Source: a bacterium
GTDB lineage: Bacteria > Elusimicrobiota > Elusimicrobia > Elusimicrobiales > UBA9959
Assembly (NCBI GenBank): GCA_021845705.1
Contig: JAJZVJ010000001.1
Coordinates: forward strand, 1-29,654
Direction of reading: 5' to 3'
Length of the DNA: 29,654 bases
The notes under the pieces are model-generated. The model did no database searches and was not told the origin of the DNA. It worked only from the letters and a program-made list of their open reading frames with translations. Below are positions 14,552-25,100 of this stretch, piece after piece. Within the stretch, counting starts at the first letter, position 1. Each line of letters opens with the position of its first letter. The translations under genes and the position numbers were made by a program.

Positions 14552-16296
14552 ATAGCTGGCGGCGCCCCGGGTTTGGCTGCAGCGCCGGCCTCCATTGATT
14601 TAAGAGCTTTGCGCCCTTCCCTGTCCGAGGCGCTGTAGCGGCTTTTATAAACGCCAAGTTTGGAAAGGTCCGTCTGTATTTTAGCAAGAACGGGGGTCTG
14701 GATTTCTCCCACGGAGCCGGCCAGTTCGTCCGGGGACATCTCAAGCGCGTCGGACAGGTTAAGGCCGGTGGAATCCAGCTCCGCTTTCTCCGCGGCAGGC
14801 ATTACGTCACGGCGATCCAGTTCCGCGGTAACGGCTCCTAAAACCTGGGAAGCGGCGGAATCGATAGATGGAAGGCCGGAGAAGTAACGCTGACGCACAG
14901 TAGTGGCGAATTTTTTAGAACCGCTCAGCTCGAACTCGGTTCCGATCTCAAGTTTTTTGGAAGCATAGGAGGAAAAATCTCTGCTTGAGGTAAGTATACG
15001 ATTAAATTCCGCGTCCTTGCGGATCTTCTCCGTAGTGTAAAGCCCTTCCAGCGACATAGCCTCAATCTCGTCTTCCTGCACATGCGGCTTGTAGACGTTC
15101 CGGCTGGCGGCCCAGTCCGCCTGCATTTTGTGCCCCGCCTCGTAAACCACGGCAGGGGACATATACTTGGCTATCTCTCCCACCTGCGCGGGGCTGCCCA
15201 TAAGCGAGGCGGCGGTGTAGCCTTTCATGCGCATATACTGCTGTATAGTTTCGGAGTCGAGTATTATGGCGCCCGAAGCGGCGTCGTAGCGGGAATACCC
15301 GCCGCTCAGCGGGGCTATTTTTATCCTGAGCCCTCCGGGGAAGGCGGCCAGGGCGCGGTCCCCGGCTTTGGTCCCGGCCAGCTCACGGGCCGCGGCGGTA
15401 TTAAGCATGCTCCCCAGGAGTTCGCGCTGCTGGGCGGGCAGCACCTCCTGCGGCAGCGAGCCGCGGGCCGCGTTTATCTTGGCCTTCAGGTCCGGGCTCA
15501 CGTTAATATTGCTGCCGTCGAAAAAGTTGCCAAGCAGGTAGATCTTGTCTTCGAAACTTTTGCCGGAAAGCTGGGCCAGCTGCGAGGGCGAAAGCGCCCC
15601 GGAATTGATGACCGCCCGCACGGCCACGTCCACGGCCACCTGGTCCCTGGCCGCCGAGAGCTTTTCATCGCTGTAAAAAAGGAACTGGGGGTTAACCTCT
15701 ATTATTTTTTCTATCACGGCGTTGCGCTCGCGTATCACCATCCCCGCCCAGGCGGCCTTGGTGACGTTAACGGCCTGGCCCGAGCGCATATCCGCCTGGC
15801 CCCAGCTCAGCGCGCGCGTGCTGGTCATAGTCCCAAAAACCACGTCCCATTCCCTTATGGCTTTCCTTATGACCGCTTTTTTGGTCTCCGGGTAAGAGGG
15901 CTGGTACCTGGCAAGCCAGTCAAAGAGCTTTTCCGGCGCGGGGCCTACGCCCATCCTGGCCAGGGGCTTGTCCGCGTCTATCCTTATAGAGAGGGACTGG
16001 TTGAGCAGGTTTGCTTTAGAATCGTCCCAGGGCAGGGCCAGCAGTTCTTTAAGGTCTTTAAGCGCTTCGGCTTTGCCAAGCAGAACGGCGCCTTTCCGGG
16101 CGTCCGCCTCCGCGAGGCCGCGGGCTTCGTTATCGTTCAAAAAATCCGCGGCGGCCGCGGGGTCGCCGCTTGAAATGGCGGCGTCGTAGGCCGCAAGACG
16201 CTCCTGCACCTGCCCGGCCCCGGCGTTAAGGGCGCCAAGCAGCAGCCCGGCCGCTATGGCGGACAGGCGCAGTATTCTGGCGGGCGCGGAAGTCAT
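14548..16296 (-). CDS. exported hypothetical protein with a degenerate zincin-like domain (YExxH)
   Basis: Signal peptide, helical N-terminal half, GGYSRY..GAIILD, AVVYEAGHKMQ, QEDEIEA. It starts 1 bp after the C11 stop codon. Confidence 0.75.
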   Translation of the reverse strand: MTSAPARILRLSAIAAGLLLGALNAGAGQVQERLAAYDAAISSGDPAAAADFLNDNEARGLAEADARKGAVLLGKAEALKDLKELLALPWDDSKANLLNQSLSIRIDADKPLARMGVGPAPEKLFDWLARYQPSYPETKKAVIRKAIREWDVVFGTMTSTRALSWGQADMRSGQAVNVTKAAWAGMVIRERNAVIEKIIEVNPQFLFYSDEKLSAARDQVAVDVAVRAVINSGALSPSQLAQLSGKSFEDKIYLLGNFFDGSNINVSPDLKAKINAARGSLPQEVLPAQQRELLGSMLNTAAARELAGTKAGDRALAAFPGGLRIKIAPLSGGYSRYDAASGAIILDSETIQQYMRMKGYTAASLMGSPAQVGEIAKYMSPAVVYEAGHKMQADWAASRNVYKPHVQEDEIEAMSLEGLYTTEKIRKDAEFNRILTSSRDFSSYASKKLEIGTEFELSGSKKFATTVRQRYFSGLPSIDSAASQVLGAVTAELDRRDVMPAAEKAELDSTGLNLSDALEMSPDELAGSVGEIQTPVLAKIQTDLSKLGVYKSRYSASDREGRKALKSMEAGAAAKPGAPPAI

Positions 16297-16297
16297 A

Positions 16298-17566
16298 TCA
16301 CTTAAGCCTCTCGCTCATTATAGCCAGCAGGAAACTTCCCCACTGTGAATCGTTGGAAAAAGCCAGTCTCTCGTAATTAGCGGAATTGTAGCGCTGGTCG
16401 GGCACATAGATGGCCAGGCCGTTCGCCCGCGTATAGCTTTTCTGCACCGGCTGTTTTACCGCGTTGAGTATGACGAGCTTGGTTGAAATATAATCCTTTA
16501 GATCCTCACCGGCGCTCTTGACCGGCTGGCTGGCGGCCAACGCCGCGTCCACGCGGTCAACGTAGTCTTCCAGGTCTTTAGACTCTTCCTGCGCGAACCT
16601 GGAAGTGGAAGAGACAAGGCCGGCGTTCGCGGCCGCCGACAAGGCTTTTTTATCGGCTTTTACGGCCGAAACCCAGTTATCAAGAGCGCTCACGAACCCC
16701 GGCATAGCCGAGGTCCTGACGGCGGAAAGCGTAGCGTCGGCCCGGTAGCTGGCGCCATAAGCGTCCACCATAGCGCCGCCAAGAGCTTCCGCGTTCATCC
16801 CCGGGTTAGCGGAAAGCCGGCCCAGGAGCGTGTTGTAAGGATAACCGTCGTCCGGGATGGATTCCTCGGAGCCGACTATGACCGAAGCGGAATCTTTTAG
16901 TTCGTAAACTACGCTGGCCATCTGCATAAGGCACGCGTCGGTGGCGAAAACGTCTATCTTGCGGCCAAGGACCTGCTTTATCTGCGCCAGGGCGGCGCCC
17001 AGCTGGTCCACTTCCATATAGTTCTTGCTCACATCGTCGAAAGAAATGCCCAGCCTGCCGTCGCCGTGGTTCCAAAGTACGATAGCCGTTTTTTTTGCCG
17101 GGTATTTGCGTACAGCCCGCTTTACGAAGCGCACCAGATTGGCCGCGCTGCCCATATCGGAATCGTTGGATGAATAAATGACCGGGGAACTTATCCTGGA
17201 AGTGTCGGAATCCCTGGTAACGAACAGGGTTTTAGCCCCGCGCGGGAACTGCAGGTTGCGGCCGGAGGGATCGTCTATCCCAAGCACGCCGTATTCCACC
17301 ACCACAGCCATGCGGTCCGAGGAACCGACCTGCTCCATTTCATTTATATCTTTGTTTGCGTAGCCAAGTATGCCAAGGTCGTTGACGCCGTTTATAAAAA
17401 CCATCACCAGCCAGTCGCGCTCCGCGGCGGGGGCCGGGGCGGGCACGGCGGGGGAAGCCGCCGGGCGCGGCAGGTTTGACATGAGGCTGTCGAAAGAAGC
17501 GTCCTGGGCGTTTAAGCCCACCGCCATTGCGGACAGCGCCGCGAATATTAAAAATGCCCGTTTCAT
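16298..17566 (-). CDS. clostripain-related cysteine peptidase (family C11, clan CD), exported
   Basis: WLVMVFINGVNDL, DINEMEQVGS, MGSAANLVRFV....YPAKK..IVLWNHGDG (catalytic His), ATDACLM (catalytic Cys), IVGSEESIP..GYPY. Confidence 0.9.
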   Translation of the reverse strand: MKRAFLIFAALSAMAVGLNAQDASFDSLMSNLPRPAASPAVPAPAPAAERDWLVMVFINGVNDLGILGYANKDINEMEQVGSSDRMAVVVEYGVLGIDDPSGRNLQFPRGAKTLFVTRDSDTSRISSPVIYSSNDSDMGSAANLVRFVKRAVRKYPAKKTAIVLWNHGDGRLGISFDDVSKNYMEVDQLGAALAQIKQVLGRKIDVFATDACLMQMASVVYELKDSASVIVGSEESIPDDGYPYNTLLGRLSANPGMNAEALGGAMVDAYGASYRADATLSAVRTSAMPGFVSALDNWVSAVKADKKALSAAANAGLVSSTSRFAQEESKDLEDYVDRVDAALAASQPVKSAGEDLKDYISTKLVILNAVKQPVQKSYTRANGLAIYVPDQRYNSANYERLAFSNDSQWGSFLLAIMSERLK

Positions 17567-17683
17567 ACTAATATTTTCGCCTATTGTTTGACATTAATCA
17601 AAGGCCTTAAGCCCCAGAAGGCAATAGGTCCTAAGTCCTACTTCATACAAAACACAACAGGAGGCATCGACGGCTCCGTTAAT

Positions 17684-17711
17684 ATTATACGTGAATATCT
17701 TGACTTGTCAA
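17684..17711 (-). promoter_or_regulatory. consensus sigma70 promoter of the C11 operon
   Basis: The minus strand reads TTGACA-N16-TATAAT, with both hexamers perfect, in an AT-rich intergenic region. Confidence 0.75.
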
Positions 17712-17845
17712 GGCCATACCACATAGTGGCGGGAGGCCGAAAGCAGTTTTCTGCCGCAAGGCCGCAAATTGACCGACGTTTAAAGTTTACTTCGGTTTTC
17801 CCGCGGTTGACGCTGCTTAAAGAGGCCGCAAATTGTCTGGTAAAA

Positions 17846-18820
17846 TTAGAACTTCTTCTTCAGCGTTATGCGCTGCACGCTTCCCAGGCTGCCTTCCGGG
17901 GACATGGCGTAGTCCAGGTCCGCGTTCATTACTTTTATACCCGCCCCCGCGCTGAACGCGCCCGCGGCGCTTTGGCCGGAACCGCCGTTCACGCCGCCGC
18001 GCAGGGAAAGGCCGCTCATGGTACCCGGCCCGCCGAAAAGGGCGTACTCCGTGCCCAGGCTGTAGGCGGTGTGTTTGTCGTACACATAGCGCCGCGCGTC
18101 CAGGTTCAGCATAAAGCCCGCAACAGGCGTGAACATTATGCCGGCGCTTACGCTTAAAGGCAGTTGGTCGCGCTGGGAAATATATTTTATCCCCGTGCCC
18201 AGGTTCTGCACGGCAACACCCACGGACACCGGTAGCCCCCTAAAGCCGCGTTTTACGCCCAGGTCCACCGCGTAACCCGTCCCTTTTACGCCCGCAATAG
18301 AACTTTCTATGTACTTCACCGCCCCGCCCACGCTGTACCTGCCGTATTGTTTGGCCAGCGCAAGGCCGGCCGCCTGGTCGTAGGCGGAATAGCCGCCGGT
18401 TATGCCCCTTGCAGCCGTGCGGCCTTCCATTTCGCCGCTCGACAGCCGGGCGAAACTTAGGCCCAGTTTCCACTTGGCGGAACCGGGCAGGGCGAACCCC
18501 GCGCCCACAAAATCGTACGCCGTGCCAAGATACAGGGCGCTGTGGCTTAAGGCGGCCTCGCCGCGCTCCATTGAGGCGAGCCCGGCCGGGTTATACGAAA
18601 TGGCGCTTATCCCGACAGCGGAAGCCGCCCCCGCCGACGACATGGCCCCCGCCCGCGCGTCCGTGTCTATGCGCAGGAACTCCGCGCCGCTTTCAAGCGC
18701 CTGGCTTAGCTTTACCGACGGGGTAAACACAAAAACAAGCGCCGCGCCCAGCACCCAGGGCCTTGAAAGCAGGTAAACAATGCGGTTCAGCATCTCATGA
18801 GGGTTAATTTTAGTTTTCAT
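17846..18820 (-). CDS. PorV/PorQ-family (UPF0164-like) outer-membrane beta-barrel
   Basis: GAEFLRI...ARAGAM..A..A.......I.YNPAGLA, GGAVKYI..SI, DLGV, GVAVQNLG, LSLRGG, FSAGAG...DYAM, and a C-terminal Phe. Confidence 0.82.
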   Translation of the reverse strand: MKTKINPHEMLNRIVYLLSRPWVLGAALVFVFTPSVKLSQALESGAEFLRIDTDARAGAMSSAGAASAVGISAISYNPAGLASMERGEAALSHSALYLGTAYDFVGAGFALPGSAKWKLGLSFARLSSGEMEGRTAARGITGGYSAYDQAAGLALAKQYGRYSVGGAVKYIESSIAGVKGTGYAVDLGVKRGFRGLPVSVGVAVQNLGTGIKYISQRDQLPLSVSAGIMFTPVAGFMLNLDARRYVYDKHTAYSLGTEYALFGGPGTMSGLSLRGGVNGGSGQSAAGAFSAGAGIKVMNADLDYAMSPEGSLGSVQRITLKKKF

Positions 18821-18830
18821 GATCCCCCCC

Positions 18831-19145
18831 TTAACGGACCACCGCGAACTTGCCGGTTTTTTTCAGCTTCCGCCCGTCCTTTTTAGCCTCTATGTAGTAA
18901 AGGTAAACCCCGCTGGGGATATGGCCGCGCCAGGCGTATTCGTAGGCGTAGCTTAAGCCGTTGCCGTCGTCCAGCTCAAGCGGCGGCCCCATAAGCGTAT
19001 GCTCGTGCGCAAGCCTGCCGCTTATGGTGTATATTTTTATGTCCACGCTGTAGGCCAGGCCGCATTCTATATGGAACGCGGGCACGTCCGCGCCTTTGGC
19101 CGGGTTAGGGAACACGTAAACCTCGCCCAGCCTGAACGCCGGGTC
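18831..19145 (-). other. T9SS type-A-like / FlgD-Ig-like C-terminal sorting domain
   Basis: FPNP start, IKIYTISGRLA, W, SGVYLYYIEA and terminal K-rich KTGKFAVVR. Confidence 0.75.
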
Positions 19146-22100
19146 GGGCCCGGCGAGAACCCCGGAACCGCCGGAGGGCATAGCCGCCGCCCTGGTCTTT
19201 ATGCCGCCGCCCGGCCGCCCGGCAGCCGCGGGCAGAGCCTCCCCGGACTGCATAATATTGCCCATGCCGCTGACGGCGGCGGCCCTTACGAAATAATGCC
19301 CGCCCAGCAGCGCGTTGCCGCCCAGCTTCATGTCCGCGTACGGGGCGTAGACCGTTGCAACCAGGTTTGCCCCCCCTGTAAACGTGATAGTAGAGGAAGT
19401 TTTAACAAAAATGTTCAGGCTGGAAGCCGCGCCGGCGGCATTAAACGAACTGCCGCCGTTCATGTTGATATCTCCCGATACAAGTATGTCTACTTTTCCG
19501 TCTATCTTTACGTCGGCCCCGCCGGAAAGTTCGATGCCTTTAAAGTAGTAAGTCCCGGTGGACAACGTAAGCACGGCTTTGGAACTTACCGCCAATTTCC
19601 CGTCCACAAGATAGCCGGCGGGAGGCGTATTGCCCGCGCCCTCCTGAATGGCGCCCAGAGAAACAGGCTCGGGCTGCAATTGGGCCGCGCCGTTGACCGC
19701 CTGGCCGGTTATCTGCGCTTTGCCCTTAAGCGTGATAGTGGAGGCGTAGACGTCACCCAGTATGCGCGTGTTCCCCGAGAGCGCCGCTTCGGAATTGGAA
19801 TTAACCGCGCCCGAGATATCCGCCGTGCCCGACATGGCAAGCCCGGCCACGGCGTCCAGCGCGTCGTTCTGCAGCGTGCTCACCGCCAGCCGCGCCTGCT
19901 TATATGTCTCTATGTTGCCCAGGTTATCCACCGACCAGTAACGGATGTCCCAGGTGCCCTGCGGCAGGGTGAAGGGCTGCGTATAGCTGTACACCGCGGA
20001 CTGGCCCGTGGCCACGTTCACTGGCTGGTAGAATATTTGTTTAAGCCCGGAAGCTACTCCCGCCGAAACCACATCCCCGGCGGCAAGGGTTAACGGCGTC
20101 TCCGGCGTAAGCACCGGCAGGCCGAAAGCCTGGAACCTGGGCCCGCCCAGGGTTATGGACGTGGCGGGCGGCGTGTTGTCCACGGCGAGCTGCGCGGTCT
20201 TTAACTGCTCCGCATTATTCACACGGTCCAGGCTGTAGTATTCCAGCGTGTGCCTGCCTTCCGCCGTTATGGTGAAGCTGCCCGCGTAGATCTGCCAGTC
20301 GCCGCCGTCAACCCGGTACTTGGTCAGCAGCACGCCCGAGGCCGTGTCGTTGCTTGCGGGGTCGGCGGCGGTAAGGACTACGCCCGAGTTCCTCGTTATA
20401 TAGATAAGCCCGTCGGCGTCGTAGCGGGCGCCGCTTATGGAGAGGTCCGTTCCCGGCGGCGTGGCGTCCACCCAAAGCTCGGAGGTCTTTGCCGCTTCCG
20501 TGTTGGCAACCTGGTCGGCCGAGTAGAACGACACCGCGCGCTTGCCTTCGGCGGGCAATGTGAAGGCCGCGTAGTCCGCGTACGCGCCGCCGTCAATGGA
20601 GTATTTCGTATAGCGCACGCCGGAGGCGACCTGGTTTACAACAGGGTCCTCGGCGGTTATCAGCACCCGCGAGCGCGTACTGATGTAAACCTTACCGCCG
20701 CTGTACCTGTCACCGGATATGGATAGTTCGCTTGCAGGCGCGCTGCCGTCCACGTAGAATTGCGCTGACCTTGACGCCTCTATGTTGCCCGCCTTGTCTC
20801 CGGCGCGGTAAGCAACGTTGTGGATGCCTTCCGGGAGGTTGAACGACGAGGGATATACGCTGAACGGCACGGCATCCATGTAATACTCAATTGCATTAAC
20901 CCCGCTGGCGGCGCCGCTGGAAACAGGGTCGGAGGCCGTGAGCGCAATAAACGAGCGCAGGCTCAGGTATTCCTTCCCGCCATTCTTCCAATCGTCACCG
21001 GACACGGAAAGCAAACTATCAGGCGCGGTCTTGTCTATGTTTATGCCGCCTATGGAAGCGCTTGAACTGTTATCAGCGTAGTCCATGGCGTTGCCCATTG
21101 CGCCCTCGCCGTAGCCTTCGGCACTAAAAACCACTTCGGGCGGGCACAGCCTGACGCCGGAGAGCGCGTCGGCGCAGGTATAGGAGGCTGTGACATCCGT
21201 ATTGTTCCAGCCGTAAGTGTTGGCAAGCGGCACGCGCGCTATGCTCACCGTCGGGCTGGTAAGGTCTATGCTGAAATGCGCCGTAACCGTGCTGGAAAGG
21301 CCAGCGTAGTCGCGGCAATAGCCGGAAACCGCTATGTCCTTGCCTTCAACATCTATAGTTTTGGGCGGCTCGCAGTAAGCCAGGCCGGAGATGGTGTCGG
21401 TGCCGGTGAAGACCACCGCCGCCGCCCCGTTATGCCACCCGTACCGGTTGGCAGCGGGGATTACGGCATCGGACACCGACGGCGCGGTGAGGTCCAGCTT
21501 GAACGCCAGGCTCTGCGGCGCCTTGGTATTGCCAAGGTTGTCACTGGCGTAATACCAAAGCGTATGCTGCCCCTCGGCAGGCACGCTGAAGGCACCCGCG
21601 TATTGCGCAAAGGCGTCACCGGCGGCGCCGTCAACCCGGTAGTAGATGGCCGACACGCCTGACAATTCATCCACTGCGGACAGGTTTATAGTAACGGTGG
21701 AAACATACCAGCCATTATCGCCGGTGGCGCCCGCAAGCTGCGCGGAAGTCTCCGGCGCGGTATTGTCCAGCGCTATGGCGCTGCGCCGGACGGTTTCCGT
21801 GTTGCCAAGCACGTCCACGGCATTGTAGTCCAGGTAATACCTGCCGTCCGGCAGGGTAAACGCGGAGGCGAACGTGAACGTGGACACGAACGCTCCCCCC
21901 TGTCTGGGCTGCGGATTGTCAAACCTGGCGCTGGCCGCTACAGAACTGCCGGCCACAATGCCGACATTCTGCGCCTTGACGCCCAGCCCTATGCCGTCGC
22001 CCGCCGCCACCAGGTCGTCCAGGCTGGCAAGATCCAGCACGGAATCGCCCTTAAGATACGTCGTGCCGTTGCTGTCGTAATGCGTCCCGGCCACCGAGAG

Positions 22101-25100
22101 CGCGCTTGCGGGCTGCCTGACGTCGTGCACCACCTCGAACGCGCCGCCCACGGCGGAACTTGTGTTAAGCGCAAAGTCCGTTGCGTTCACCATCAACTGC
22201 CACATACCGTCGTCTATATCAAGCGGCTCCAGGGACTGGCCGGAGGTTACGGCTATCCTGTCGGGCCGCGAGCCGCGCGGGCTGCCTTTGTCCTCGGTCT
22301 CGACGAGGAAAGCCTGCATGGCCGGGGCCGGGTCAAGATTGTCGCTTACAGTAAAGAAAGGCTGTATCTTGTTCCGCGCGGCCACAAACACATTCCCGGC
22401 AACCGGCGAGGAGATGACTATCCGCGGCGGTGTTCTGTCTATGTTCGCGCGCGCCGTGAGCTGCGCCAGGTTCCCGGCCAGGTCGCTGGCAGCGGCTGTT
22501 GTGGAAACACCGACGCCCTCGCCGGCAAGAATAACATCCTCCGGACAGGATTTAATGCCCGAGAGCGCATCGCTGCATACGAACTTAACGGCCACGTCCC
22601 CGTTGTTCCACCCCGCGGCATTGGGAGCCGGCTTCAGCGAATAAGCCAGCTCCGGCGCGGTGGTGTCTATGCTCACCGTTACCGTGGCCATAGAGGAATT
22701 TGCAGCTTTGTCCCGGCAGTAGCCGCTGACCGCAATACTGGACCCTTGCACGGACACGGTTTTTTGCGGTTCGCAGAAATCAAGCCCGGACAAGGCGTCA
22801 CTGCCGGCAAAACTCACCGTCACCGGGCCATTGTTCCAGCCGTACCCGTTGGCAGGCGGCTCAGGCGCGGCCGAAGTTTCCGGTTTTGTCAGGTCCACAT
22901 TAACCTTCGCCGTGGCGTAGGCCACATTCCCCGCAACGTCACGGCACCAGCCGGGAACGCTCTGCGCCACGCCTTCAAGCGTCAGCGTCGCGGAAGAGCA
23001 CGCCTCAATACCCGACAGCGTGTCGGTCCCCGCGAACACCACCTGCACCGCGGTGTTGTTCCATCCCGCCCCGTTCGGCGCGGGAACCAGCGAATAGCTG
23101 GCCGCAGGCGCGGAAGAATCAAGTTTGAACGCAACTGATCTTTCAACCTCCGCGTTGCCCGCTTTATCCACGGCGTGATACTTAACCGTATGCGCTCCTT
23201 CCGTCGACACCTGCAATGGTGCGCCATAAACGGTATATGTCCCGCCGTCCAGCGAGTACATAACCGCGGCCACGCCTGAAAGAGCATCTGTGGAAGCCAG
23301 CACAACCTCTACGGGCGAAGAATACCAGCCGTTGCGGGAAACTCCGGAAAGCGCGGCGGTACTCACAGGCGCGGTTTTGTCTATCTTTATCCCGTCCGCC
23401 ACGGCTTCGGTGAAATTATCCGCGTAATCGTACACACTGGCGGAAGTGGAAATACCAACGCCCTCTCCGGAAAGAACTATATCCACCGGGCAGTTCCGCA
23501 CACCGGACAGATCATCAGCACAGGTAAACTTCAGGGTAACGTCGCTGTTGTTCCAGCCTGCCCCGTTAGCCGCGGGCAGGGCGGTATACCCGGCTTTCGG
23601 CGCGGTGGTGTCTATATTCACCACCAGCGCAGCCGTGGAGGACCAGCCGGCGTAGTCGGCGCAGTAGCCGGATATGGTCTGGCTGGAGCCCTCGGTCCCT
23701 ACAACTTTTACAGGCGTGCAATACGCCAGCCCTGAGACCGCATCCGTCCCGCTGAACACAGCGGACACGGCGCTGTTGTTCCAGCCATAGCTATTCGCCG
23801 CCGGGGTAGAAACCGCCGCTGCCAGGGGCGCGTTAAGGTCCAGTTTGAACGCCAGTTCTTTTTCGGCTTCTCTGTTGCCCGCCTTATCCACGGCGTAATA
23901 TTTCAGCGGATGCGCACCCGCGCCGGGAACCGCGAAAGACGAGGTATAAAGCGTAAAAGAAGAACCATCAATAGAATAATAAAGTCCTCCAACCCCGCTC
24001 AGGGTATCAGTGGAGGCAAGCGCCACCGCGGCCGGCGACAAGAACCAGCCGTTCTGGCCCGGCACCGCCGCAACCCCCGCGCCCGACACGGGCGGCGTGG
24101 TGTCTATGTTCAGACGGAAAGAAACAGTGGAGGTCCACCCCGCGTAGTCGGCGCAATATCCCGAAACGGGGATACCCGGCCCCTCGCCGCTCACGGTGAA
24201 CGAGGAGCTGCAATAGGCAACGCCCGACACCGCGTCGGTGCCCGCAAAAACCACGTTCACAGGGGCATTATTCCAGCCTTCGGAATTAGAAGCCGGGTTA
24301 TAGGAATAGCCGGCAACAGGCGTGGAAATATCAATACCAAAGGCGGCCGTACTGATCTTTTCAGCATTGGAAACATTATCTACCGAATAGTGCCCGATTG
24401 TATGCCTGCCTTCGGCCAAAACGGGGAAGGAGGAATTATAAACCGCGAAACTGGAACCATCCAGACTGTAAAGCGTTTTGCGGACTCCGGAACCGGCATC
24501 GGAGGAGATAATTATTACTCCGGTAACGGAAGTATACCAGCCAGTGCCGGCCGGGGTTCCGTTCAGCAGCAACGCGCTTACAGGCGCGGCAGTGTCTACA
24601 TACACGGATACTGCGCCTGGCACACCCGTATTGCCGACATTATCCCCGGCAGAATACCCCAGGGAATGCGCTCCGCCGGAAGAAAGGAATATCTCCGCTG
24701 CGCCCGAGAGCGCGGCATGGGTACTGCCGTCAACTGTATAGAACAACTCTTTCACCCCGGATCCCGTATCGGAAGAAACCAGTGTTACGGTGGAACCGGC
24801 CGAGGCATAAACAATGCCGCCGGCCGCAAAAGATGCACCGGCAACGTCATAGAGGACAGTCGGCGCATAACCATCCACGGAAACTTCAACGGCTTTGGGT
24901 TCTTCTATATTACCCGCCTTGTCGCCGCTGCGGAATTCAAGCCTATGCGTCCCCGTTGAAAGCGTAAACGGCCCGGCATAAGCCGCTAACGGCGCTGTGC
25001 TGGAAGCGTCCACCCGGAACCCGGTAAAAGCCACGCCCGAAGAGGTGCCGTACACCACCGGATCCGAGGCGCTCAACGCAACACTGGACCCGGCATTTAA

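Noticed and set aside
15082-16173. 363-aa plus-strand ORF
   Set aside because: It is antisense to the coupled 582-aa gene and shows no recognisable features.
17588-18157. 189-aa plus-strand ORF, with a TTGACA at 17588-17593
   Set aside because: It crosses the C11 promoter and runs antisense into the PorV-like gene; it starts with TTG, has no RBS, and no -10 matches that TTGACA.
19240-19880. Calling the solenoid an ice-binding (DUF3494) domain
   Set aside because: The resemblance is only general and I cannot see the diagnostic motifs clearly.
18999-24959. Long plus-strand ORFs 18999..20093, 22080..23138 and 23910..24959
   Set aside because: They are antisense shadows of the repetitive giant gene.
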